The notes under the pieces: generated by a model
The model's database searches: none
What the model saw: only the letters and a program-made list of their open reading frames with translations
Told to the model about the DNA's origin: nothing
Shown: positions 13,001 to 25,287 of the stretch, piece after piece
Position numbering within the stretch: the stretch's first letter is position 1
Layout of the letters: the number at the start of each line of letters is the position of its first letter
Source of the DNA: Basidiobolus meristosporus CBS 931.73
Lineage: Eukaryota > Fungi > Basidiobolomycota
Assembly (NCBI GenBank): GCA_002104905.1
Contig: MCFE01000181.1
Coordinates: 77,447-141,446, forward strand
Reading direction: 5' to 3'
DNA: 64,000 nt
Position numbers and translations under genes: made by a program

Positions 13001-14653
13001 GAAGTCTGGCATGCCATCACCCTAAGGCCGGCATTTCATGGGACCATCAGGAACTCAAGGCAAAGCAGAATGAACTTGACTTGTTCCATGAGCATTATCC
13101 TGGACTCAAACAGGCAAACCAATTTTGGGCCAGCATTGGTGTGCTAAGAAAGTATATTAAGAACAGCAGAAACTATTAAAGGCAGAAGAACAAGGGTGTT
13201 ATGGCTAAAGACCAGTGGCTTCCTCAAGAGCCCATTACAAGCAGGGCCAAAAGCTCCAGACAAGCATCAAAGTGACAACAGGTAGCTGGAAGAGTGCTAA
13301 TCAGGGACAAGCAGGCAGACATGGATGCACCAGCACCACATTTATCAAGCAAAAAGCGTAGCGCCACTCAAGAAGCACCCAGTCAAAGTAGCAGTGAAGG
13401 ACCTGGCAGTGATAAAAACCAGCTGCTTTTACAGGAGCCGGTCACAACTATGGCTGAGTGCTCAAAATAAGCAGAAAAGAAACATCAGGTTGCCAGAAGA
13501 ATGCAAGCAAGGGACAAGCAGGCCAAAATAGATGTGTCAGAGCTGATTTTATCCAGGAGAAAACATAGTTCTTTATGGGAAGCACCCAGACAAAGTAGCA
13601 GTGAAAGACTTGGCAGTGATAAAGGAAAAGGTAAAGGGAAAAATGTCTACCCAAGCCTGAGACAAGGAGGCTTGCAAAAAAAACTGCAGCCCTTGCCAAT
13701 TAATGCCACAAGCCAGGAACAGACTGGATCCCATCATAGCCAAGAAGAATTATCAACAAGAAAACAGCTGTTTTTACAAGAGTTGGAAGCGCTGCCAGTA
13801 GAGCTACACTCCAGCAAGGTAGATGAGTTTGCTGAAAAAGGCAATTTGTCTACCACAGCCTCCACAGCCTCCATTGTTGACAGAGTGGAGATCCCACTGA
13901 CAGACAAGGCTACAATGTCAAGAGCTCAAAAGACTCTCACAATGCCTTCAGTGGAGTTTGGAACATTAATAGGCACACCAAGAGGTTGCAGCACTTCTTC
14001 AAGAGCAGTGCCCAAAAAAAATGCACTGGAATATTGCAAGGATTTATTGCAAGGACTGGTAGATGAGGTGCTAGACCTTGCAGTGCCAGCTGAAGACCAG
14101 GATGTGTGGGAACCAGTGATTGAACAGTGGCATAAAGCAGTTGGGTTCCTGCTGAAGTTGTGGAACCAGAGCATTACAGCGGAAATACTTGTTGAGTTGT
14201 TGATTTCAATGGAGTGGCTTGTTGAGTGTGGGGTTGGGCTTAATGTTAGTGTTGGGTATAGAGACTTGTATAGGTCAGTACAATTGGCAATTGAGGTACA
14301 ACTGAAGTGTCAACGGAAATAAATCAATTTGTACAAATGAAAATTTAGAGAAACAGTTGAGTCAGGAAGTAAGGTGTGTAATGAAGAGGCAATAGCCAAT
14401 CAATTCAAACAAAAATATGAGGCAACAGTGTGTCCAGGATCAGAGAGTGAGCAAATTGGCAGGGAACCAATCAAAAGCCACTTTTACATTATTGTGATGA
14501 AAAACTTTGACTAAGTTTTTTGTGATATCTGGGGTGCAATTATTTCTCAGCAGTCTATGGACAGTGTCCCAACAAGATCAGTACCACTTAGTCACAGGTC
14601 TTTGACTTTGTGACAGCATTTTGATGGGATCATCTCAATAATTTCTCATAGGG
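10078..14653 (-). mobile_element. CACTA-like copy B, both termini present, internally deleted transposase
   Basis: Begins CCCTATGAAAAAT and ends ATTTCTCATAGGG. Transposase relic on minus (10565-12030) has deletions near 11210 and 11340. Partner relic on plus (12253-14322). Flanks AAAA / ACAA. Confidence 0.85.
12253..14322 (+). pseudogene. CACTA partner gene of copy B, with stops and frameshifts
   Basis: ORF pieces 12253-12468, 12541-13179 and 13501-14322 are collinear with the copy A partner but lack the LTR insertions. Confidence 0.75.
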
Positions 14654-15088
14654 ACAAGGGGAGGTAGAAAAAGGAAATACCATTTGGGAAATTGGTACAG
14701 TAGCATTATACAGAGCCAGCGGTAGGCCGTCATACTGCCAATATAATGCCATCAGAGTCTTGCTGTGAGGCAGTAAAAATACTGTTAAGTTTCTTGCCAT
14801 ATAAAGCAATTGGATGTCCTGGCCAACTGGATCCACTTAAAATAGTTATAGAGCGCTAAAAGACCACAGCAATACTATGCAAATATTGTCACAGCATCAA
14901 TGAAATATTATCAAGTTTTATCCCTTTATTTGGTTGAAAAATTAGCAAAACACCGTCATGATCCTATCATAAGATCATTAGGAGGGTCACCAATTCCAAG
15001 CTGCTGGTATTATGATGGACTCTAGACAGGATCCTGAAGGCTGATCTGGATTGGATCCACCTGCAGGACCAAGTTACTTTCCATAGGG

Positions 15089-18000
15089 ATTGAGGTACTT
15101 GAGTTTCTTCTCTACAGCAAAGATACTGCTTTCTCTACCTGGGATATTGATTACTCTACACTTATTATACACTTATCTTGCTTCTGGACTATTTCCTGAT
15201 TTCTCTGGGCTGTTGCATCTATCCTATCAGCCACTGCATCTAATTACTTCATTAATGCTTTGGTATGAGCTGACAACATACTTGCTACTATATGTGGTAG
15301 TGATGTTAGGTTGGCCACTTGCTGATCTTCAACTGAAGGTACTGTGTTTGCTACACTCTCATCTGCCTGAGTATAATGGTCAGCTTGTGGCTCCACAGAG
15401 GTTCTCAATTACCTACTTGACTGAGAGCCTGAGGAGCCTGCATTTTTACCTTCAATGGGCACACTGTCTACAGGGCCTTTTTTGGATGTAGCCCCGCTTG
15501 TTGCACTGAATGTCAAAGCAAGCTGTTATCAAACTGTTTTTCTGTTGCTGTCAGCTGTGGGGTTTGGTTGAGAACCACACAACTTTGCTTTAGTTTTTGA
15601 CAGCATACATATGGAAGCGAGCCTAACCAATGGGGAAAAGTACTATATATACATGTGTACATGGTGCCACAACTTTATTTATAATGCTTACTATGGTAGG
15701 TCATCATTGAATCTTACATTCATGTAGGGGCAATATCTCAAATACAAGACTGTCTTAAATTCACATGAGTATTGACCACAAAGTGATATAGTAGTGTTAC
15801 ATTGTTGAAGGTCAAGCTGTTTGCCCCATAGACAAGACTACATTGATTCAACACCATGAGAGAACAGAAGAAAGATCATGTGGCTATTGTAGCAAGCATC
15901 TCAGCCAAGAATCATGCAGACAGCATTGGAAGTATTACAAGGATCATGGCTAGTGTTTTGCAACAAGTCACATTTGACCATTCATCAGTCACTACTCTAC
16001 CAACATTATATTGCCAGCCAGTTAATACCTCTATATTGGCATCTGGCCATCACTAAAACCTTGCACAAACTGAGTCAGGTGAGGTTGTGATATCTTTAGG
16101 CTCACTTCAACTTGCTGATTATGGCATGCAGAGTGATAGCTCTGACAAAGAAGGCTCACTGATGGATTGTGAACCTATCTCCCCTTACAACAGTACCACA
16201 CATGAGCCTGGTCACATCACAATATGCATTCAGACAGCACCTGTTGAAACAAATGCCAAGGATACTTTATGGAGCCAAGTGAGCCCAGTAATTCATCCAC
16301 TGGTGAGTAATGTAATGTTGTACCTGGAGAAGTGGCACGTTTCTACTAATATCAGTAATGGGGGCTTTGAGGATTTACTACTACTTCTTGCCAAAATCAT
16401 TCCGGGATGCAACTTATCATGTACATAGTATAAGTGGACAACTTTCATGGGGCTGGCAACATATGACCCAGAGACTGTCCTGATTCCAGCATGTGCTAAC
16501 AGTTGCATGGCATTCACATCCATTGATGTCACCATTACAACATGTCAAAGTTGTCAAGAATCAACAACCATTGAGGGAAAGCATTGCTCACACTCTGGAT
16601 ATCTTCCAGTTTAATCCTGTTTAAAAAGCTCACTCAGTCCAACAAAGATTGCAAAGTTATAAAGTACCACACTCAGTATCCATCAAGTGCAAACATATCC
16701 AATATACTTGATGGCAAACATTACAAACAGCTAAGAAGCAAGGGCTACTTTGAAGGTATGTATGACCATGCCTTTGCTTTAGCACCTGATGGATTCTCAT
16801 GAAACAAGTACTCTACCAGCAAATCCTGCTGGCCACTGATTCTCATCAACCTGAATCTGCCACCCATCTAACAGTATCAGAGCCTCAATCTGATGGTAGT
16901 CCTGCTGGTATCTGGGCCTAAATCACTGTCCAACCTAGATAGCTACTTGTATCCATTGCTGGATGAATTTTGTATGCTTTCCAGCAGGACAACAGTAAAT
17001 GGCTGTCATATAAAGACACATATTATTATCTGAATTGGAGAAACCACATCTGTCAAATGTGTGAGATCCAGGGGACTTACTCTGTAACTCAAACATATTA
17101 GACTTGCTCTGTTGGATAGTGCCACATTGAGCCATGAGTGGAAATGATGCCATAGTGTGCCAAGGAGGCAAAGTGAGCCTACACTTGGCCACAGAGTGTG
17201 AAGCATAGCTCTGCATCTACAGGCAAAGCAGCCCCTGTGTCTCACCCATTGAGCTGCAGATAATCCACTTCTTGACCTTTCTTTTGGATCAATGTTGTGC
17301 AGGATACATAAGAGCAAAAAAAATTGAAGACATGCATTGGGTGCTCAATACCAATGGCACTCTGAATCTAGCTCCTGTAGCTTGTATCACGCCACAAAAA
17401 TGCATAGCACTATCTTGGTCCACTAGTACTATCAGACACTATATTTAAATATTAACCCCAAAGTAAAACCTATATGAAGCACCTCTAATGCCAGATAGTA
17501 CCAGTGGACCAAGATAGTGCCATGCGTTTTTCTGACATGACATAAGCCACAGGGGCTGGATTCAGAGTGTTTTGGCACCCATGGCTCAATGTGGCACTAT
17601 CCAACAGAACAAGTCTATTATTATTACCCAAACACCAGCATTAAGAACATCATCTTCCCACATAGAGAGTATAAAGAAGGCAACATGCAATTGCAGCAAA
17701 GCTGGCAAGGTATTAGCCATTTGCTGGAATATGGAATCAATTGGAAACCTGAAATACTTAAGATGGAGGTTAACTGTTGGAACAAATGCATTCCACTGAG
17801 AGCAATGCATTTGTTTTTCAACAATATCCCTATACTGATGACTAAGTTGTAAATGAAGCATTTCAAGCTGAATGAGCCCTACAGGGTACTGGAGAAATTC
17901 AAACAATTGGCAAGATATTTCAGAGTATCCTCTACCCTGAGTACCTCTCACAGGCTCCAATTAATTTTCATATTCATATGCAACAATACAAATGCAAAGA

Positions 18001-18312
18001 CTGGATGAACTGGATATATATTTATTCAAGTGGTGCTCTGAAGCCATTCCTACTAAGAGTACACTGGAGGCATTGGGAGTTATGTGTTGGTGTTGTACAA
18101 ATATTTATCTAGATACAGATCACCAATGCCAACTTGATGCATTGACAGCTTTTATGTAAGGGGTTAGTGACTGGACTTGAGTGGCTGTACTATATGCATA
18201 ATGCTCAAGGCATATATCACTGCTGGTGCTGTATCCATTCTCTACTCCATCTTGCTTGGTATGCAGAGAATATTGGGCCTTGCTTCTCCTTTTGGAGTTT
18301 TCTATAAAAAGA
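15089..18312 (+). mobile_element. CACTA-like copy D relic (partner 5' part on minus, transposase on plus)
   Basis: 15089-15600 is the reverse complement of the partner 5' region. ORF pieces 15856-16056, 16087-16428 and 16584-16802 match the transposase. Interrupted by a MITE at 17100 and cut at 18313 by another terminus. Confidence 0.8.
17100..17616. mobile_element. Non-autonomous PHIS-family foldback MITE (517 bp, one arm partly deleted), TSD ATT
   Basis: AGACTTGCTCTG...CAGAACAAGTCT termini. ATT on both sides, with one extra ATT unit relative to the empty site (reverse complement near 2685-2705). Homologous to 62943-63675. Confidence 0.88.
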
Positions 18313-19149
18313 CCCTAAAAAAATATTTGGGATGATCCCATTAAAAGGCAGTCACATATTCTAAGTCCTGTGACTACCAGGTAGTGATCCTATTAGGGCT
18401 CTGTGCAACATCTATCAGAAAGTGATTGCACCACATATTTTACAAAACTGTTTGTAACATCTTCATCACAACAATACATAAGTGACTTTGATTGGTGCTC
18501 TGCCAATTTTCTCCCTTTTTTGATCCCAGACACATTGTACCTCTTATGTATGTGTGCTTTGATTGGCTATTGCCTTTTTTTCACACTCTTTACTTCCTGA
18601 CCCAGCCATTTCTCTTACTTTTTATGCTTGCAAGTTGATATATTTCCGTGGACACTTCAGTCATACCTCAATTGCCAATTGTATTGAACTATGCATTTAC
18701 CTATAACCTACACTAACATTAAGCTCTACCCTACAATCAACAAGTAACTCAATTGCAATTCACAACCCAATAGGCATTTCTACTTTAATGCTCTGTTTCC
18801 ATTACTTTGGTGGGAATTCTATGGCTTTATGATAGTGTTCATCCACTAGTTCCCACACATCTTGGTCTCTGGCCAATACTGCAAGGTCTAGCATATCATC
18901 TGCCAGTCTTTCCAATGAATCATGGCAATATTCCAGTGCACTTTCTTGAGCACTGCTCTTGATGAAGTGCTGCAACCTCTTAGTGTGCCAATTAACGTTT
19001 CAAAATTCTAATGAAGGCATTTTGAAACACTTCTGGGTTTTTGACATTGTTGCTCTGTCTGGAGTGTAGCTCAAATGGCTGCATGTCCAATTCTTGAGAG
19101 AACAGCTTTTGTTTTGTTAGTAATTCTTCCTTGCTATCATGGAATTCAG

Positions 19150-19262
19150 ACTGTACTGGGCTGTATAAGCACTGAGCTCCTCTTTGAACAAGCAACTGGT
19201 AAGTTGTTATCACTACTTCTAAACAAGTTCCTTATATCCAAAGCACTTGTTGAATTGCAACA
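19150..19262. repeat. 3' fragment of the about 368-bp orphan LTR family
   Basis: TTATCACTA...GTTCCTTATATCCAAA...ATTGCAACA matches the right end of 32872-33239. Start is approximate. Confidence 0.6.
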
Positions 19263-20771
19263 CATTATACTTAGTCACAGGCTCCAATTAACATTCACAT
19301 GTATATGCAACAATATAGGTGCAAGAACTGGATGAACTGTATATGTATTTATTTGTGTGGGCTTCTGAAGCCTCTTCTATCAAGAGTATCACACTAAATG
19401 CTGTAAAGTGGAGGTGATAGATGTATGTCAATTGCGGCAGATGTGAGTGTTTGAGGAGGTTAGTAAGCAGGAGGCCGTAGTATTTTTTGGCTCAAACTAT
19501 ATGTGAAATATCAACATTGAGGCCATCAAAACACTCTCAAGTCTTTTGCTATATCAGGTAGTTGGATACAATGGTTGGATATATCCACTCAAGTAGTTGT
19601 AGAGTGCATTAAGACTGCATCAATGCCATGCCACCCTTGTCAAAACACCACCCAAACACTGTCATGTTTTTCAACTTTATTTGGTAGTAAAATTTGACAA
19701 ACACCATTGTGATCCATCATAAGATTGTGTAGAGGGTGATTAATTCCAAGCTGCCAGTATATTAACAGTCTCCTGACAGCTGATCCTGACTGGATACACC
19801 CACAGAACCAAGTTATTTCTCATAAGGCAGATGTGTTGGGATATTGGAAGACAAGTTAAGCTGCCGGTACTACTGTACCCCAATCTTTTCAAAAATATAA
19901 CCTTTAAGTCTGTCATTGATGTAATGGGTTGGCACATGGAGAACAGCCAGGAAGAGTTGGAGTATACTGATGATAGTTGGCCACATGGAGACACCTATGC
20001 CCTTGCCATTAATAAGATGAGCAATCATTATATGTGGATAATCAGTTAAGTAATGCCAAGTTGAGTTGGGTGCAATGAACAACTAATTTGACAGGACTAC
20101 TATTCCAAAGTATACTGGTTTTCTCATGGTTATAAGCCAGTTTTAACATATTCTAATACAGATTTTTCACAAACAAGAGCCAGTGCACATCTGTAATGGG
20201 GACCAGGATCCAGCAGGGAGAAGGAGTATATTGGCCAAAAAGCAAGATGCTCTTTGAAGATACTTATGCAATTCCTGTCAAAAGACCACTTAAACACAAT
20301 TAAGTCAATTTTTTATGGCAGTAGAATCAGCAAAATGCCATCATGATCTCATCATAAGATCATGCAGAAGGTGATTAATTCTAAGCTGCCAGCAATTTGA
20401 CAGACTCATTGCAGGATCCTGCTGGCTTATTTGTCATAGGCTTCTGTACCAACCATATCCTGCAGGCCACTATATACCTATATAATGGCACCAGCAGCAC
20501 TTTTCACATTACAAAAAGTGACTCAATTCAGTAGCTTGCACCTTTTGGCCAGTCTCAGCCTTCTGAATATGGCCTGCAGAGAGTTAGCTGTGAAGAAGGA
20601 GGCTTACTAATGAATTATGATTTCACCTTTCCTCTGTATCCTACATAAGCCTGGCATAATCTCAGTATCTATTGTAGCAATAGCTGTAGAAAATGCCAAG
20701 GATACTCTATTGTGCAAAGTATACCAACTTACTCATTTACTGGTGAATGATGTGATGTTGTTGCCAGAGAA

Positions 20772-21139
20772 TTTTGAAACAGTGGACTTTTTAGTAACAA
20801 TCAGCAGCTAAAAGTCTACTTACCAATTCTGGACAAGTCATAGTAACTGTAGGACTCACTTACATCCAAAACTTCACCACTTTCTTTCATATATGTGTGC
20901 TATGATTACTCCCATATGGTGTGGATCAAATTAGGACTCTTACCAAACATTAAGTATTAACCTTGAAACTGTGACGCAATACTCCCAACCATTGAGAGAC
21001 TCCCCTCATTGATTTTTACTGTTGTATTACATCTACAAAGGTGTAAATATGGTGCTTCTTGATGAACAAGCTATAGATCAACTGTTATCACATTTCTTGA
21101 TATGTTTGTAATATCCAAAACACTTCTCAAATTGGAACA
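20772..21139. repeat. Degenerate solo LTR, about 368-bp orphan family
   Basis: Collinear with 32872-33239 and 22588-22953; interrupts a CACTA transposase relic; TSD eroded. Confidence 0.7.
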
Positions 21140-21960
21140 TAGCAGTGGTCTGTTTTTGACAATTTCAGTACTGGAGTCATTATAGATTCACTGCCACTCC
21201 TTGCCAATATAATTGTAGGATGCAACTTATTATATACATAATTCAAATCAACAGCTGCCATGCTACTGGAGCCTTCAGCCCAGATACTGTACCAATACCT
21301 ACATGCATTAGCGGTTGCATAGCATCCACCTTGGAAAATTCCACTATTACAAGGTGTCCAGCTTGTTAGGAGCTCTCCTCCTTGTGAGGAGAACATTGTT
21401 CATACATTAGATGTATTCCAGTAATATGCCTTGACAAGAAGCTTATGCATTCTGTCAAGTATTACAAAGCAGCATAGTGCTGCACTCAGTATCAATCAAG
21501 CATAAATGTTTCTGATATATTTGATGAAAAGCAACTAAACAAATAAGATGTAAGGGCAACTTTGAAGGTATCTATGGCCATGCCTTTGCCTTAGCACTTG
21601 ATGGACTTTATTGAGTAAACACTCTACCAGGTCAACCTACTGGATGCTGATACTCATCAGCCTGAATTGGCAACCAATCTTGCAGTCTCAGAGCCAAAAT
21701 ATGATGGTAGTAATACTAACATCTGTACCTAAAACACTATACAACTAGGATTGCTACCTAATTATATTGCTGGATGAGTTTTGTGTGCTTTCCAGTAGGA
21801 CATTTGTAGACGGTAGTCATGTTAAAGCATACATTACTATCTGCATTGCAGATGTCTCAGTCATGGGGATGACAGATGGCTCATCTGGGTACTATAATGG
21901 GAGGTATTGCTGCTCATTGTGTGAGATGCAAGGGATTTATTCCATAACTCACACACATTT

Positions 21961-22327
21961 TGCTGAAATATTGAGCTGTTTGATACTATTCAATAGCTGA
22001 TAATCTACTTGACAATTATGGTCTGGTCTTAGTCATTGCTGGGCTTATATAAAGCCCTAACTTTGACACTTTGTTTCAGATCATGATAGTATGAGTTTCC
22101 CATAGAGCAATGATCAAATCAGCTCTTATAAAAGCATTTTGTATCAATGATAAAACTGTTGTGTTATGCTCCTAAATACTGAAAAGCTCTCCAAACTCAG
22201 TGATGCAGTTTTATTACTTCCACCAAGGTAAAAATACTGAGCTCCTTCTTGATTCAATAATAGCTTAACTATAGAAGCTACCTCTTAAAAAGTTCCTTCT
22301 ATCCAAAACTTGTCTTAAATTGTAAGA
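21961..22327. repeat. Degenerate solo LTR, about 368-bp orphan family
   Basis: Starts TGCTGAAATATTG and is collinear with the other copies; inserted just after the transposase motif GIYSITHTH. Confidence 0.7.
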
Positions 22328-22587
22328 TACTATGAGCCCCAATTGCATTATTCCACTTCAGAAATGACTTCTGCCACCAGACAAAAATCACAGACATTTT
22401 CCCTGTAATGTAGAAGCCCAATGTGAAGAACCACATATTTAGGAGAATCAAAATGCCAATCAGAGAAAATCCAATAGTGCCATATGTAACAATGTGCATG
22501 ATACCTTCATTGGGCAAATTTATAATCCACTACTGCCAAAGCAGCATGGGAAGCCCTTGTGAATATATTTGGGGTTGTGGTGGTATC

Positions 22588-22953
22588 TGTTGAAATATTG
22601 CACTATTTGGTATCATTTAGCAGCTAAAAAATAAACAATTCTAGACTAGTCTTGGTCACTGTAGGACTAATTTGCAGCCCCAACTTTGCCAGTTTCTTCA
22701 CATCTATGACTCTGTGATTATTCCACTAAAGCGAAGATCAAATTAACTCTTTTTACCAAACATTATGTACCAACCCTGAGACTGTTACAGAAAGATCTAG
22801 TATGTTAAGTAATTGTCCTTACATAGTGTTACAGCTGTATTGCCTCTACAAAGGCATAAATACTGATCTTCTTCATGAATAAACAATAGGTTAACTATTA
22901 TCACTATATTGTGATAAATTCCTTATATCAGAATCACTACCTATATTGCAAGA
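22588..22953. repeat. Solo LTR, about 368-bp orphan family, 5-bp TSD GTATC
   Basis: TGTTGAAAT...ATTGCAAGA; GTATC at 22583-22587 and 22954-22958. Confidence 0.85.
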
Positions 22954-23017
22954 GTATCAAGCATGCTTTGTTTAAAAAGAAAGCTCCTCATTATTAGGAG
23001 GACACTAGGGAATTACA

Positions 23018-23410
23018 TGTTAGTAATCATTTACAAAATGGAGACACCTGCAGACAAACTTGACAGTATCATTCCTTGTGTATAAGATGATGAAAAGCGA
23101 CTCCATCTACCTTGCAGGGCACCAGATGAGTATAAGCCACTCATACTTTCTCATCTAAGCGGAGAAGAATTTGACGTCAGACCATGGGAAGGGAAGACTC
23201 TATTTCCTAGCCCCAAAGCTGTTATACAATGCTCCTGAGTGTACCAAAGTTCCCCAAACTTAGTGCTACAGTATTAGTTCTATAAGGGTATAAATACTGA
23301 TCCTGATTATTTTAAGGCACTGTTCAGTTATTAACACCACCACCTGATAAGTTTCTTACATTCAAAGCACTTTTATATTGGAACCCATTAGTATTATCAA
23401 GGCACTAGCA
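23018..23410. repeat. Solo LTR of another family (393 bp), TSD TTACA/CTACA
   Basis: TGTTAGT...ACTAGCA inverted termini; TATAAATA box near 23289; 5-bp near-direct flanks. Confidence 0.6.
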
Positions 23411-24909
23411 CTACAAGCATCATCCCCTTCACAGATAATATACAGAAGTGAGTATACAATTGCAGCAAAGTTGGCAAGCTATAAACTCTTGGCCAGAATA
23501 TGGAATAACTGAATAACACCAAAGCTGATGACAGATGGAAACTTTTGGAGCAAAGACTTTGTACTGAGAGCAACTCAATTGTTCTTCACAATATTTCTGT
23601 ACACATGACCAAGATGTACTTTGGGCATTTCAAGTTAAATGGGCTCTTTGAGATACCAGCAAGATTTGAAAGTACTGGTGAGATATTGTGCAGTGTTTGC
23701 AACCAAGGATTCTTTGTGCCAGCTCTAATCAACATCCACATGCTTATAAAATGATACAAATGCAAGGACTTTATGGTGTCAGAGCAGACACCTGCAGGCA
23801 GTCTCACTATTGTTTGGGCCCAAGTCACTGTCCAGCCGGTATTGCTATCTGAATTTATTACCAGATGAAATTTGCTGATTTCCAGCAGGTTGCTGGCACA
23901 TGGCTATCATGTCAAAGCACCTATTATCAGACTTTTTATGCTGCAGAGCACCACATTGAGGCCATACATGCCAAGTGGAGCAATAGTGAGCCAGAGAGGC
24001 ATGGCAGACCTAAACCTGGCCACTAAGTGTGAAACTCAGTACCAGCTCTTCATGCAACTCAGTACTTTTGTGTCACCTACAAAGCTGGAGAAAATCTGTT
24101 CTTTGACCTTTTTTTGGAATCAGTGCTAAGTAGAAGATGTTGGAGCACAGTAGGACTGAAGGGATGCATATGGTACTCTATACAGAGAGCACTTTGAATT
24201 CAGCCCAGAGTATTGTAATATGTTACAAAAGTTCACGGCACCATCTTGGTCCACTGGTACTATCTGGCATTGTATTTGAGTCTTAGCTCTGAAGTGAAAC
24301 CTATACAAATTACTTGTAGTTCCAGAAATTTCAACAGCTGTCATAAAAAATTGTATGCATAAATTCTGAAGGGAAAGAGGGGTCACTCCACTGACTGTGT
24401 GTACAACAGGATTGTGGTATAAGTTAAGCATATTTGCCTAGCCTTAAATAGCCAAAAGTCACAGAAATTCTAACCATCAGACAATTGCAATCCAAAGCTC
24501 TTGCAGCTTCTTGTATGTAGTCCACTGATCAGTATTGTACTTAGCCACATTGTTAATCTTTTGTAATTATGGGTTCTCAGGCTTTTGTAAGTGTATCCAG
24601 CCTTACTCCTCTATTTTGTTTTGAGCTTGCAAGCTTGAGTCTGTCCCCGCAAACTAAATCTTCCAGGATATTCCCTTGATTGTCCACTAGTTGGTAAATT
24701 TGCAAATGGACATCATCTGATGATCTTGAGAGGTCCCTTCCATTGTTACTCAAACTTCTTTCAGCTATTGTTTCCCAGCAATACAAAGTTCCCAACTCTC
24801 AGTGATTCTGGTGATATAGTCTTATCAAATCTCTCCTTCAACTTTTCTGCACTTTGAGATACTTTGGCCTGTGCCTCTTAACATTTTTGTTCCAGCTGCT
24901 GGTGTCTAC

Positions 24910-25277
24910 TGTTACAAGTCTTGGTATAAGAGTTATAGAGGAATAGGGAGTTTAGCTAGTATTGTATTCACTAAAACTTGAACTGATTTTTATTGAGGTT
25001 CCAGCAGCTCCTTATATACATTTTGCCAGATCAATTGCTGACTAATTGTATTTCCTAATGTAGGTTGTGGCTGATGACTCATTTGATTGCATCATCATCA
25101 CCCAATAAGATCCTACTTAATATATCTATTTCTGTCTGATAAGGATCTGCTGATTCATTTGCTGACTAATGCTACTGATTTCATAGATAATACTGATACA
25201 CTGATAACCTAAACATATACTAATTGATTTGACTAAAAACTGATCTAACTTAAACATTCAAGCGGCAGATCATAACA
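24910..25277 (-). repeat. 3' LTR, gypsy family 2 (minus copy)
   Basis: TGTTACA...CATAACA on the plus strand; follows the polypurine tract. Confidence 0.95.
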
Positions 25278-25287
25278 TTCTCCCCTA

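Larger units (their letters stand above)
8505..15088 (+). mobile_element. CACTA-like copy C (transposase relic on plus, 8505-10077 and 14654-15088), interrupted by copy B
   Basis: ORF pieces 9020-9451 and 9391-9774 match the copy A transposase, with an internal deletion near 9665. Sequence continues across the copy B insertion. Terminus ...TTTCCATAGGG ends at 15088. Confidence 0.8.
18313..24560. mobile_element. Mosaic of older CACTA-like relics (partner-side terminus at 18313; several transposase fragments, mostly on plus)
   Basis: CCCTAAAAAAATATTTGGGATGATCCC terminus at 18313. Transposase-like pieces at 19831-20049, 21767-22000 (LDEF...GRYCCSLCEMQG) and 23545-23754. Internal boundaries are uncertain. 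Confidence 0.65.

Noticed and set aside
13501-14322. 273-aa ORF as a possible host gene
   Set aside because: It lies between CACTA termini and is collinear with the interrupted partner gene of copy A, so it is transposon-derived.
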